A stretch of DNA of 64,000 nt from Methanobacteriota archaeon (lineage in GTDB: Archaea > Undinarchaeota > Undinarchaeia > Undinarchaeales > Undinarchaeaceae). Where the stretch lies: assembly GCA_002687935.1 (NCBI GenBank), contig NZBN01000007.1:84383-148382 (forward strand). Reading direction: 5' to 3'. The position numbers and the translations under genes were made by a program. The notes below the pieces were generated by a model. That model did no database searches. It had not been told where the DNA came from and was given only the letters and a program-made list of their open reading frames with translations. Positions 8,801-18,147 of this stretch are shown here, piece after piece (within the stretch, counting starts at the first letter, position 1; each line of letters opens with the position of its first letter).

Positions 8801-9635
8801 TTTTAGACCAAGGCTTCTTTTGTCTGAGTTATCTCTTTTCTTTACTGTTCAGATTATCGGACTTTATGTTGCGATTAGGATTGCAGCAGTCGAGATAATC
8901 CCTGTTGTTGAAACAGGACCTGCTGTAAAAAGCTTTCTGATTCTGTTCACAATAGCTACTGCAGTTTTCCTGCTATTGATAAGATTCCTCAAGAAGCGTC
9001 TCGGATTTATGAAAATTCTTATGGCTTTCATAATATTCGTCGGAAGCGAAACAGTTTTCATCGTCTTTTTCTCTGAGTTTACAGCAATGCTTCTTGCAAT
9101 TTCACTTGTTATAATAAGATTCACCTATCCTACAATTTTTGTCCAGAATGCATCTCTAATTCTGGCACTTGCCGGCGTCGGAGCAAGCATTGGCCTCCTC
9201 TTCAATGTAAGTACGATTTTCATTATACTTGCTGTATTATCTGTGTATGACATTATAGCAGTTTACAAGACAAAGCATATGCTGACATTATTTAAGGGCA
9301 CAATCAAAGGAGGTGTTCCTTTGGCTCTCATAGCTTCTGAAAAGATTTCAGGCATGCGCTCTAATTTAAAGAAAGCTAATATAAACAAACCTGCTACAAA
9401 AAGGGAGTATACTTTCCTTGGAACAGGTGACGTGGCATTTCCTCTTATACTTGCTGTATCTGCTCTTAGAACTGGCTTATTTGCTTCCCTTGCAGTCGTC
9501 GTCGGAGGACTGGTAGGAATATTAATAATTCACAGCCTTCTAATCTATGGAAAAGGAAAGCCGATTCCGGCTCTGCCTCCTCTCGCTGCCTGCACCATGG
9601 GGGCATATCTCGTCGCGTCCTACCTACTAATCTAA
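8766..9635 (+). CDS. Presenilin/SPP-type GxGD intramembrane aspartyl protease (A22)
   Basis: Multi-TM protein with VYD, LGTGD and PALP motifs. Probable TTG start at 8766 after a GGGTG SD-like element, overlapping the mcm end. Confidence 0.88.
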   Translation: MSRAKVSSKSPDFRPRLLLSELSLFFTVQIIGLYVAIRIAAVEIIPVVETGPAVKSFLILFTIATAVFLLLIRFLKKRLGFMKILMAFIIFVGSETVFIVFFSEFTAMLLAISLVIIRFTYPTIFVQNASLILALAGVGASIGLLFNVSTIFIILAVLSVYDIIAVYKTKHMLTLFKGTIKGGVPLALIASEKISGMRSNLKKANINKPATKREYTFLGTGDVAFPLILAVSALRTGLFASLAVVVGGLVGILIIHSLLIYGKGKPIPALPPLAACTMGAYLVASYLLI

Positions 9636-9636
9636 A

Positions 9637-10254
9637 ATGACAGAAAACTCTCAACTTGCATCGAAGAAAGTTCACGTAGAAAAAATAGTCACAGGAGAAT
9701 ACGTGGAGAGCGAAGGCTATGGAGTTCTCAGAGTTTCTGATGGTTCTAAAATATCAAGAGTTCGTATACTTGGCACAGTTGTTGATAGATATGTTTCAAA
9801 TGATGGTGAATATTCAAGTATTACCCTTGATGACGCGACTGAGACAATACGTGCAAAGGCTTTCAAAAAACGCGCTGACACTCTCGCGAAACTCGAAATT
9901 GGGGATATTGCTGATGTAACTGGGTCTGTCCGAGAATATGACGGAGAAATTTACATAAACTCTTTTGCAGTCCAAAAAATAAGTGATCCAAATTTCGAAT
10001 TACTGAGGAAGGTTGAACTTTCACAGCAAGTTGAATTACAGTCTTCAGAAGACAAGCCAGAAAAACTACACGAAGATGTAGAGGCTCTTATTTTAAAGAC
10101 AATTAGTGAAGTCGGTAGTGATGGAGCTTCCTTGGATGATTTGACAAGTGTTTTAAATGACTTAGATTACAATGATATACTCGAGGCAGTAAAGTCCCTT
10201 CTTCATAAAGGGGACTTATACGAGCCAAAACGAGGTGTATTCAAACAAGTATGA
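9637..10254 (+). CDS. RPA32/RPA2-like OB-fold protein with C-terminal winged helix
   Basis: RVRILGTVV...ITLDDATETIRAKAF OB fold; C-terminal KGDLYEPKRG. Confidence 0.8.
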   Translation: MTENSQLASKKVHVEKIVTGEYVESEGYGVLRVSDGSKISRVRILGTVVDRYVSNDGEYSSITLDDATETIRAKAFKKRADTLAKLEIGDIADVTGSVREYDGEIYINSFAVQKISDPNFELLRKVELSQQVELQSSEDKPEKLHEDVEALILKTISEVGSDGASLDDLTSVLNDLDYNDILEAVKSLLHKGDLYEPKRGVFKQV

Positions 10255-10658
10255 AATCCTATGAAGAACTTCTGAAAAAAGCTAAAGAACAGCTTCCAGA
10301 AGTAAGCAGTGAAAAGGCAAGATTTGAAATTCCAGTTTTCGAATCATTTATTCAGGGTGCTGAAACAATAATCTCTAATTTCCTTGAAGTAGCTAACAAG
10401 CTCGAGCGTGACCCTGCACACCTACAAAAATTTATTCTTTCTGAAGCAGGAACTTCCGGAACTCTTTCTGGTCAAAGATTGACTTTCAAGGGAAATAAAA
10501 CTCCTAAATTCTTGAACTCAAAACTCACTGATTATTACAAAGCCTTCGTTTCCTGCAAACAATGCAATCTTCCAGATACAATCCTCAATGAAGGGGATGA
10601 TTCTGCAGAACTCAAGTGTAAAGCCTGTGGAACTAAGTATATGGTAAAAGTTCTATGA
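10251..10658 (+). CDS. eif2b: Translation initiation factor 2 beta subunit (aIF2-beta)
   Basis: YEELL..RFEIP, NFLEVANKLERDPAHL, C4 zinc ribbon CKQCNLPDT...CKACG. Confidence 0.93.
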   Translation: MKSYEELLKKAKEQLPEVSSEKARFEIPVFESFIQGAETIISNFLEVANKLERDPAHLQKFILSEAGTSGTLSGQRLTFKGNKTPKFLNSKLTDYYKAFVSCKQCNLPDTILNEGDDSAELKCKACGTKYMVKVL

Positions 10659-10948
10659 TTTGTGCAAGAATAATTTCCTCAGATGCTGGCTCAATTCTCG
10701 CAGCCTGCGACAAAGAGCTCCTAGGAAAGACTTTTTCTGAAGGAGATATTTCCCTAACTGTTGATGAAAATTTTTATGGAAATGAAGAAGTTGATGCTGA
10801 AACTTTCAAAGAAATGCTAAAATCTTCAGGAATAGCAAATCTAGTTGGTGAAAATTGTGTTTCTATCGCAATTGAGCTCGGATTGGTTACAGAAAAGACC
10901 GTTCTTAAAATTGAAGGTATTCCACATGCGCAGATTCTCAACCTTTAA
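10655..10948 (+). CDS. DUF424 family protein
   Basis: [12 protein letters not shown]...FYG...[10 protein letters not shown]...GIPHAQ pattern. Confidence 0.82.
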   Translation: MICARIISSDAGSILAACDKELLGKTFSEGDISLTVDENFYGNEEVDAETFKEMLKSSGIANLVGENCVSIAIELGLVTEKTVLKIEGIPHAQILNL

Positions 10949-11190
10949 TAAAGCATAGTTTCCAAGTCAGTTTCACTTATATCAACAGTTATTGCGTCCT
11001 GTCCCTGTGCCCTTCGTATAACTGTCATAGGAACTGTTCGTTCTTTAAATTCCTTAACAGCTATTTCTGTCGGGTCAGTCTCAAGTTTTCCAAGCTTAAC
11101 TAGAACTGGAGCACCCATAGATATCTGGAGAGATCTGGCTCCAATTATCCTTGCTCTTTCAAATCGTGTAAGTCTGTTTTCGTTATACAT
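10945..11190 (-). CDS. rpoK: RNA polymerase subunit Rpo6 (K)
   Basis: [24 protein letters not shown] motif. Confidence 0.96.
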   Translation of the reverse strand: MYNENRLTRFERARIIGARSLQISMGAPVLVKLGKLETDPTEIAVKEFKERTVPMTVIRRAQGQDAITVDISETDLETMLY

Positions 11191-11279
11191 CGTGAGCTTT
11201 TATTATCCCCTCAGTAATATATAAAGCTTGACACTGTTCCCAAAACCTTAAAAACAAGACCCCTTACATAAGGTGTTAT

Positions 11280-11765
11280 ATGTCTTATCACAAGAAAAAG
11301 AAAAAACACGGAAGCTTCGACCCAAATGCCCCTGTCCGTGTAAGAATGCCCCGGACTGACAAGAGAGAGGTACTTGGAATAATTATTGAGCATTATGGCA
11401 CAAAACTTCTTGTTGAGTGTATGGATGGCTATACGCGTCTTTGCAGAGTTCCTGGGAAAATAAGATATAAACTCAGAGTAAAACCAGGGGATGTTATACT
11501 TGTTCAGAAGTGGCCAATCCAGGAAAATGAGAAAGGAGATTATCTTTACAAATACAGACCAAATCAGATAAACATACTCAGGAGAAAAGGTCTTTTAACT
11601 ACTGAGTCTGAGGAAAAAGAAAAGTCAGAATCTTCAACACCTACATCTGAAGCACCTGAAAAAGAAACTGAAACTAGTTCTGAAGACGCTCTAAAAGAGG
11701 AAGAAAGCAGTTCAGAGAAAAGTGAAAAAAGCGAAACAGACGAGGGAAATTCGGCTGACGCATAG
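11280..11765 (+). CDS. eif1a: Translation initiation factor 1A with acidic C-terminal tail
   Basis: VRVRMP...VLGII...VECMDGYTRLCRVPGK...GDVILV...DYLYKY. Confidence 0.9.
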   Translation: MSYHKKKKKHGSFDPNAPVRVRMPRTDKREVLGIIIEHYGTKLLVECMDGYTRLCRVPGKIRYKLRVKPGDVILVQKWPIQENEKGDYLYKYRPNQINILRRKGLLTTESEEKEKSESSTPTSEAPEKETETSSEDALKEEESSSEKSEKSETDEGNSADA

Positions 11766-11833
11766 CGATTAGACATAATTAACTTTATATAGTTTCATCC
11801 CCAATATATTGTGTTGAATTTTGTTTCATTCAA

Positions 11834-12379
11834 ATGGCTGAATACGTAAAAATTCCAAAAGAGCGCCTGAAACTTCTTCTCGAGGAGGATGGTAAGCTCA
11901 TTAAATATATTGAATCTCAATCTGATACGAAAATTCGTATAGATAAACTTGAACAGGAGATTTCCATAGAGTCTTCTGGAAAATCTGATGAAATTCTTGA
12001 TTTATGGCGGGCTCGGGATACAATAAAGGCCATAGGAAGGGGCGCAGAACCCGAAGCTGCAATCGATATATTGGAATCTGATGCAGAGTTACAGATTGTT
12101 GATCTCAGTGAATTCGTTGGAAAAAAACATAATGCATTAGTCAGGATAAAAGGAAGAGTTATCGGAACAAAAGGAAAGGCAAAGAATATAATAGAGAACC
12201 TCACAAATACACAAATCTTCGTTTACGGAAAAACTGTTACGATAATTGGCGAACATGATATGGCTGTCATCGCAAAGGGTGCGGTGGAGCTTCTTGCCAG
12301 AGGTACTATGCACAGCACTGCAATCCATCATATAGAAACCGAGTTGAGCAAACTAGGAGTGAAATATAAAGATGCCTGA
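11834..12379 (+). CDS. KH-domain RNA-processing protein (Dim2/Pno1/Krr1 family)
   Basis: IKAIGRG, RIKGRVIGTKGK, VYGKTVTIIG, LARGTMH. Confidence 0.88.
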   Translation: MAEYVKIPKERLKLLLEEDGKLIKYIESQSDTKIRIDKLEQEISIESSGKSDEILDLWRARDTIKAIGRGAEPEAAIDILESDAELQIVDLSEFVGKKHNALVRIKGRVIGTKGKAKNIIENLTNTQIFVYGKTVTIIGEHDMAVIAKGAVELLARGTMHSTAIHHIETELSKLGVKYKDA

Positions 12380-14027
12380 ACAAATATCTGGTGAAAAACT
12401 GTTTGAAGAATTCAAGACCGTCCAGCTCAGCGAATTCTTCAGAAAAAACAGGCAATATCTTGGTTATGTCGGGAAAATAAAGTCCTTGACTACGGTTATA
12501 CATGAGCTTCTGTCAAACTCTCTTGACGCCTGCGAGGAGTCTAAAATAGTCCCTTCAATAAAAATTACAATCACAGAAATGGGAACGGAGCATTACAAAG
12601 TCCGTGTCGAGGATAATGGTCCGGGAATTCCTGAAAAACACCTTGAAAAAGTATTTGGACAGCTTCTCACAGGAACCAAATTCCACAGAAATATCCAACT
12701 AAGAGGTCAGCAGGGTCTTGGTGTTTCAGGTTGTGTTCTTTTCTCTCAGATGACTTCTGGAAAACCAACTTATGTAAAATCAGGTACTGGGAAGGGTAAA
12801 GTTGTTGAAGCCATGGTCGAACTTGACATAAAAACAAACTCTCCAAAACTCATCGATAAGACTGTTGAAAACAGTACAATGCGCGGAACTGTCGTTGAAT
12901 CAGAATTCAAAGGAGTTCAGTACACTAAAGGAATGCGCGGACCTTTTGAATATGTCCGCTGGACTGCCGCCGCAAATCCCCATGCTGAGATTATGTTCAA
13001 GGATCCGGAAGGAAATGAGATGCTCTTCGAACGTGTCATTGACAAAGTTCCAAAAGTTCCAAAAGAAATTAAGCCACATCCCTCAGGTTTAGAAGCCCAC
13101 GATATCTTAGATATGGCTCTCAAGTCAAAATCACGAGCAATTTCCTCATTTCTTACAACTGACCTTGCAAGGGTAAGTTCTGAGAAAGTCAGAGAAATTC
13201 AGTCTCGTGTTGATTTTGACCTGGCAAAAAGTCCGAAGCGTCTTGAATGGCCAGAAGCTGAGCAAATAGTCAAATCCTTTAAGAAAATAAAGTTCATGGC
13301 ACCCCCTACTGATGGTCTTATACCAATTGGAAAAGACCAGATAGAGAAGGCTCTGAATAACTTACTTTCTCCTGACTTTATAGAGGTCATTTCAAGGAAG
13401 CCAACAACATACAAGGGGGGTATTCCTTTCATAGTTGAGATAGCAATAGCCTATGGAGGAAATTCCGGCAGAGCCACTTCATCTAAGGAAGTTCATGAAA
13501 GAAAGGTTGAAATAATGCGATTTGCCAACCGTTCCCCACTTCTTTTCGATGCTGGAGGATGCGCTCTTACAAAAGCTGTCAACTCTATAGAATGGAGGCG
13601 CTACAAACTGAAGGATATGGAAAATTCCCCTGTATCTCTTTTCATTAATCTCATTTCGACTCATGTCCCTTACACCTCTGCAGGAAAACAGGCTGTCGCC
13701 GGCGAGGAAGAAATACTCAATGAGATAAGGATGGCGCTAATGCGTGCTTCTCGCTCTCTTCAGCGTTTCCTTTCAGGAAGAAGAAAGGCAGCTGAAATCG
13801 CAGAGAGAAAGAAGATGTATGAAAGATACATTCCAGAAACTGCCAAGGCTCTTGCAAAATTAACTGGAGGCAAGGAAGACGAGCTGGAGAAGAAGTTAAA
13901 GATATTAGTTCTTGAACGCTTCGGTGACGATGAACCGGATGAAAATGATGAGGCAGAAGAGGATTTAGAGGAAGAGGGAGCGGCATACGACGAGATTCCT
14001 GAAGATGTATCTGAGGAGGGTGAATAA
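12372..14027 (+). CDS. top6B: DNA topoisomerase VI subunit B
   Basis: SEFFRKN, HELLSNSLDA, EDNGPGI, RGQQGLG, RFANRSPLL. Confidence 0.96.
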   Translation: MPEQISGEKLFEEFKTVQLSEFFRKNRQYLGYVGKIKSLTTVIHELLSNSLDACEESKIVPSIKITITEMGTEHYKVRVEDNGPGIPEKHLEKVFGQLLTGTKFHRNIQLRGQQGLGVSGCVLFSQMTSGKPTYVKSGTGKGKVVEAMVELDIKTNSPKLIDKTVENSTMRGTVVESEFKGVQYTKGMRGPFEYVRWTAAANPHAEIMFKDPEGNEMLFERVIDKVPKVPKEIKPHPSGLEAHDILDMALKSKSRAISSFLTTDLARVSSEKVREIQSRVDFDLAKSPKRLEWPEAEQIVKSFKKIKFMAPPTDGLIPIGKDQIEKALNNLLSPDFIEVISRKPTTYKGGIPFIVEIAIAYGGNSGRATSSKEVHERKVEIMRFANRSPLLFDAGGCALTKAVNSIEWRRYKLKDMENSPVSLFINLISTHVPYTSAGKQAVAGEEEILNEIRMALMRASRSLQRFLSGRRKAAEIAERKKMYERYIPETAKALAKLTGGKEDELEKKLKILVLERFGDDEPDENDEAEEDLEEEGAAYDEIPEDVSEEGE

Positions 14028-14029
14028 TT

Positions 14030-15148
14030 ATGGCAGCAAAAAATAAGGACAAAAAATTTGATGAGAAAATTAAGAAAGAGTCCTTGGACTCAATAAGCGG
14101 TTTCGGCAAGAAAATTGTTGCCGCTGTGGAGAACAAAAATCCCCCTGTCTTTGAGATACCACTTCGTTCAAAGACAAACATAAGTTTTGATGAAAAACAG
14201 AAAATCCTTGTTCTCGGAGACAAGAAATCAAGCAGGCGTTTCCTTAATGTTGCTCACGCAAGAAAGTTCATGCAGTCAGCTTTGATAGCTTCTGCTTGCA
14301 AGGAATACATTGAACACGACAGAACAGTCGGAAAACGTGAGTTGTATTACAACTTGAAACATTCTCTTCCAAACTCTAAAGAGAATACGTTTGAAGACGA
14401 TATAGAGTCCGGAACAGTTCTCAATGACCTTGAAGCATCAATGGGAGTTCTTAGAGAACGTCTCCACATAGAGGCAAAAGCCCGCGGTTCTATCTATGGA
14501 GATATCACTCTTAGTCAGGCAGGGGATACATTCGACTGCAGTAAACTTGGAAGAGGCGGATGGGCAATTCCTGGGTATACAGAAGACGTTGATATTGTAA
14601 ACTATAAAGCGGACTTCATTCTTGCAATAGAGAATGACGCAATGATGTCCCGTCTTATACAGGAAAAAGTCTATAAGAATTTGAATTGTCTCCTCATCAC
14701 TGGTGAAGGTATGTTTCCGCGCGGTGTAAGGCGCTTCATCAAGCTTCTTAACGAGAAACTAAAACTTCCTGTCATATCATTCGTTGACGGAGATCCTTAC
14801 GGATTTTACATATATTCCGTTCTGAAATACGGTTCCATCGAACTTGCGCATCTTTCAGAAAGGTATGCAGTTCCAAATACTCGCTATGTTGGTATGACAA
14901 TGGATGACATAGAAACTTATGAGCTTCAGAATGTTACGGAACAGCTCAAGGAAGTTGACAAGAAGCGAATAAAAGAGGAGCTAGGTTATATGTGGTTCAA
15001 GAACAATCCGGCTTGGGTAAGGCAGCTCAATAAGATGCTTGAGATGGGTGTCAGAATAGAACAGCAGGCTCTCGCAAACAAGAGTCTGGACTTCGTCGCA
15101 AAGAAGTATCTTCCTGAGAAAATAAATGAAGAAAAATTCCTGGACTGA
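14030..15148 (+). CDS. top6A: DNA topoisomerase VI subunit A
   Basis: RELYY catalytic Tyr, AIENDA TOPRIM Glu, DGDPYG DxD, IEQQAL. Confidence 0.96.
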   Translation: MAAKNKDKKFDEKIKKESLDSISGFGKKIVAAVENKNPPVFEIPLRSKTNISFDEKQKILVLGDKKSSRRFLNVAHARKFMQSALIASACKEYIEHDRTVGKRELYYNLKHSLPNSKENTFEDDIESGTVLNDLEASMGVLRERLHIEAKARGSIYGDITLSQAGDTFDCSKLGRGGWAIPGYTEDVDIVNYKADFILAIENDAMMSRLIQEKVYKNLNCLLITGEGMFPRGVRRFIKLLNEKLKLPVISFVDGDPYGFYIYSVLKYGSIELAHLSERYAVPNTRYVGMTMDDIETYELQNVTEQLKEVDKKRIKEELGYMWFKNNPAWVRQLNKMLEMGVRIEQQALANKSLDFVAKKYLPEKINEEKFLD

Positions 15149-15284
15149 TTATAGCAAAAAAGAATGAGTTATTTGGGTTTAAGTAAAGTATTTTAAGCTG
15201 TTAATTTATGAATTCATTCTATTATCTTAAATAATGCCTCTGCCTATCTGACGATGGGCTAAATAGGCATATCATAGATAAAGT

Positions 15285-15356
15285 GCCCCTGTAGCTCAGC
15301 GGTAGAGCGTGTGGCTGTTAACCACAAGGTCGCAGGTTCGAATCCTGCCGGGGGCG
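15285..15356 (+). tRNA. tRNA-Asn(GTT)
   Basis: Cloverleaf: acceptor GCCCCTG/CGGGGGC, anticodon arm TGTGG-CTGTTAA-CCACA, TTCGAAT T-loop; CCA not encoded. Confidence 0.96.
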
Positions 15357-15468
15357 CTCGTTTTATTAAATATAAACTCCGTTAACAACTTATCAAATAA
15401 AAAAAATATTCGCCCCGTAAAAGTTGTTTAGACTTTAACAGGGCGTATTTTAACTAAAATTAGTAAAC

Positions 15469-15612
15469 TTAGTAGTTCCTTCGCTTTGAGAAGCAATCCC
15501 TGCAATATACAGGCCTATCTTCTGCCGGCTTGAATGGAACTTCACATTCGTTCTTGCACTCAGCGCATGTTGCCTTATGCATTTCTCTCTGTGGTCTTTC
15601 AAATTCTGCCAT
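15469..15612 (-). CDS. CxxC-x17-CxxC zinc-ribbon small protein (47 aa)
   Basis: Below the ORF-track cutoff: MAEFERPQREMHKATCAECKNECEVPFKPAEDRPVYCRDCFSKRRNY; AGGAGG SD upstream. Confidence 0.88.
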   Translation of the reverse strand: MAEFERPQREMHKATCAECKNECEVPFKPAEDRPVYCRDCFSKRRNY

Positions 15613-15748
15613 GATATCTATCCTCCTATATGACTTATAGCTACTTTATCTGCAGTTTGGGGTTTATTAAGCTTTGTATGCGCCTTCATTTTGATATTGA
15701 AAGGAATCAAAGGTCTCAAAACCCCTCCAACTTAATTTAGAGCTACAC

Positions 15749-16033
15749 TTATTGTTCAAAATCCATCTCTCGTTTTCCAAGTCTTTTTGCAGCCAAATTG
15801 TATAGAATTGCACCAACAAGCCCTGTAACAAAACCAAAGACTGCAAAATATAATGGCATGACTGGAATTGCAATATAGGCAAGTATCGTTCCTTTGTTCA
15901 GACCAATTGTCTGCAAGTCATAAAAAGTCCCACCCACAGAATATATCAGGCCTGCAATTATTCCAGCAAATGCCATTACAATGGCCTGGAATTTTGCATA
16001 GGAAAACACTTTGATTTTTTTAACTTTTGCCAT
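15749..16033 (-). CDS. Small two-TM membrane protein
   Basis: 94 aa, two hydrophobic Gly-rich helices, AT-rich promoter upstream. Confidence 0.65.
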   Translation of the reverse strand: MAKVKKIKVFSYAKFQAIVMAFAGIIAGLIYSVGGTFYDLQTIGLNKGTILAYIAIPVMPLYFAVFGFVTGLVGAILYNLAAKRLGKREMDFEQ

Positions 16034-16086
16034 AGTAACTCATCATAAATTAAAATAATAAATATTTTTAAAATTTCATACAGAAT

Positions 16087-16302
16087 TTATGTTATTGACT
16101 TTATTGTGTTCTGAGTCAGCCAGAGAATGAAAAAACCACTTACTAATGTCGTTAAGTGGCTTAGAAGATACTTCTCTGGAAATATGTAATTGTCCATCAG
16201 TCCCCAAAGACCTCTCCAGACGCCTATTATTGCGACAACTATGAGGCTCCCGAAAAGAACTCTGTGGTGCCTCTGGAGTTTCCAGAACTTTCTGTGAACC
16301 AT
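16087..16302 (-). CDS. Small membrane protein
   Basis: 71 aa, hydrophobic, GVWRGLWGLMD motif. Confidence 0.6.
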   Translation of the reverse strand: MVHRKFWKLQRHHRVLFGSLIVVAIIGVWRGLWGLMDNYIFPEKYLLSHLTTLVSGFFILWLTQNTIKSIT

Positions 16303-16333
16303 AATTTCCTTTAATAAATAAGCCTATAAATAA

Positions 16334-16936
16334 TTATTCTGAATCAGCTTTCAGATATTTTTGTATTTTTTTGTAATCTTCCTGTGTCAATTCATTATTT
16401 TTTAGTCCGTATTCCAGTGTTTCACTGAGTGTTGCGAGTGAGTGGAGTTCAATTCCCAGATTTTTCAGCCTCTTACGACCTCCCTGCTCTCTGTCGAAAA
16501 CTACAAGACAGTGTTCCACAGTCGCGCCTGAATTTCTAATTCCTTCTACAAAAGAGTCTTTACTGTATCCGCTCGTTATTAGATCCTCAACCAAAAGTAC
16601 TTTCTTCCCTGCATCCATCGAACCCTCAATTTGCGATGTTCTTCCATAACCCTTCGGTCTCCGTCTAATGTAGGTCATTGGAACTTTAGTTCTTGCAGAT
16701 ATCCAGGTCGCATATGGGATCCCTGCAGTTTCTCCGCCAGCAAGTATCTCAGTTCCAGTTTCCTTCACTATTTTTGCTGCTTCGTCTGCTATGAGGTCCA
16801 TAACATCCGGATATGATATTAGTGAGCGACAGTCGATGTATATTGGACTTTTATGTCCGGATGCAAGTTCAAAGCCCTCATCTGTCGATACAAGAATCGC
16901 TCCATACTCCCAAATTTTTTCAACTATACTATTCAT
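16334..16936 (-). CDS. pyrE: Orotate phosphoribosyltransferase
   Basis: FELASGHKSPIYID, RRRPKGYG, VEDLITSG PRPP motif. Confidence 0.93.
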   Translation of the reverse strand: MNSIVEKIWEYGAILVSTDEGFELASGHKSPIYIDCRSLISYPDVMDLIADEAAKIVKETGTEILAGGETAGIPYATWISARTKVPMTYIRRRPKGYGRTSQIEGSMDAGKKVLLVEDLITSGYSKDSFVEGIRNSGATVEHCLVVFDREQGGRKRLKNLGIELHSLATLSETLEYGLKNNELTQEDYKKIQKYLKADSE

Positions 16937-17637
16937 CGTTTTTCATAACCTCTCAGTGCACTCTCATATATCTCATCTACGACTTTCAACGGGTCTTCGG
17001 AAAGATAGATTGCCCTTCCTACAATTGGATAGTCTGTTCCTGCTTTAACTGCTTTCTCTGCCTGACCGCCTTGACTTCCTATTCCTGGTGACATTATCTT
17101 TGCTCCTGAACCTGACTCGTCAATCCAGTTTCTGTATTCTCTAAGTCTTTCGTATTTATTTCCTGGTGCGACAATATTCTTCACTCCAAGCTCCATAATA
17201 TGATCAAAAATTTTTCTAGCAGTATCTTCTTTGTGATAATCATGAGCTCCTACATGAGTCATTTCAAGAAGTACAATTGGTTCAATTCCTGCACTTTTAC
17301 AACTGGTGCAGAATCTCTCCAGTGACTTTGGACCTGCTCCGTGCGGAACCCCTATTACTGCATCTATACCACAGTCAGAAGCCAGAAGAACCTGCCTTTC
17401 AACAATGTCTGGTATGTCACTGCATCCTTTCTGGTGGTCATAAATCAGTGGAAAGTCGGAAACTTCCTTCAACATTTTTATTGTTCCCCTGAGTCCAGTA
17501 TCCATTGCATGGAGTGAGCCGACTTTCAGAGCTCCAATCTTGTCTCTTACAGGAAGTAATTTCTCTGCAAGTTGAACAGCCTCATTTGGCGCAATGTCTG
17601 CAGATACTATTATCTTCGGAGTTTTCCCAAAGTCCAT
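16933..17637 (-). CDS. pyrF: Orotidine-5'-phosphate decarboxylase (divergent subfamily)
   Basis: IVSAD, ALKVG, YDHQKGCSDIPD, SPGIGSQGG, IVGRAIY; coupled to pyrE. Confidence 0.85.
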   Translation of the reverse strand: MDFGKTPKIIVSADIAPNEAVQLAEKLLPVRDKIGALKVGSLHAMDTGLRGTIKMLKEVSDFPLIYDHQKGCSDIPDIVERQVLLASDCGIDAVIGVPHGAGPKSLERFCTSCKSAGIEPIVLLEMTHVGAHDYHKEDTARKIFDHIMELGVKNIVAPGNKYERLREYRNWIDESGSGAKIMSPGIGSQGGQAEKAVKAGTDYPIVGRAIYLSEDPLKVVDEIYESALRGYEKR

Positions 17638-17670
17638 TTTGTCTAATTCCTTGTGTTACTATATATCGTT

Positions 17671-18147
17671 TTAGAACATTAAGGTCGCAAGTATGTCTGC
17701 AAAAGAGTATATTACGAAAATCTCAAGCCCGAGCTTTCCAAGGTTCCCATACTCCTTGAAAATATGTTTGTTTCTTCTGTAAGCCAGACCAAGTTCAATA
17801 ACAACAAAGAATGAGAGAAGAAATATTGCCATTGACTGCGGGTTCAGACTTATGAATCCAGTTTTTGTTGCAACATCGGTTCCGACTACAGTTGTTCCGT
17901 ATCTTGCAGAGAGTCTTCCACTTAGTCCTCTCCCTAAAAGGGCTGCTTCTCCTACAAAAAGTCTCCTTGTGGCAAGTTTTCCAGCGAGTTTAACCCAATA
18001 TTTTCTGGCAATGTGGGGTATCACAGAAAGCATACGCTTTGGAGCCATTCCCCAGTGAAGGATTACTTCTTTTTGCTGATAAATTATATAGTGAAGTAGC
18101 CATGCAATTCCTGTTGCCGCTCCAATATATTGAATAAATCCTGTCAT
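17671..18147 (-). CDS. Hypothetical membrane protein
   Basis: 158 aa, 3 hydrophobic segments, ATGA overlap with tal. Confidence 0.6.
   Translation of the reverse strand: MTGFIQYIGAATGIAWLLHYIIYQQKEVILHWGMAPKRMLSVIPHIARKYWVKLAGKLATRRLFVGEAALLGRGLSGRLSARYGTTVVGTDVATKTGFISLNPQSMAIFLLSFFVVIELGLAYRRNKHIFKEYGNLGKLGLEIFVIYSFADILATLMF

Noticed and set aside
6727-10254. Replication origin near mcm
   Set aside because: No cdc6/orc1, no ORB-like repeats and no intergenic space.
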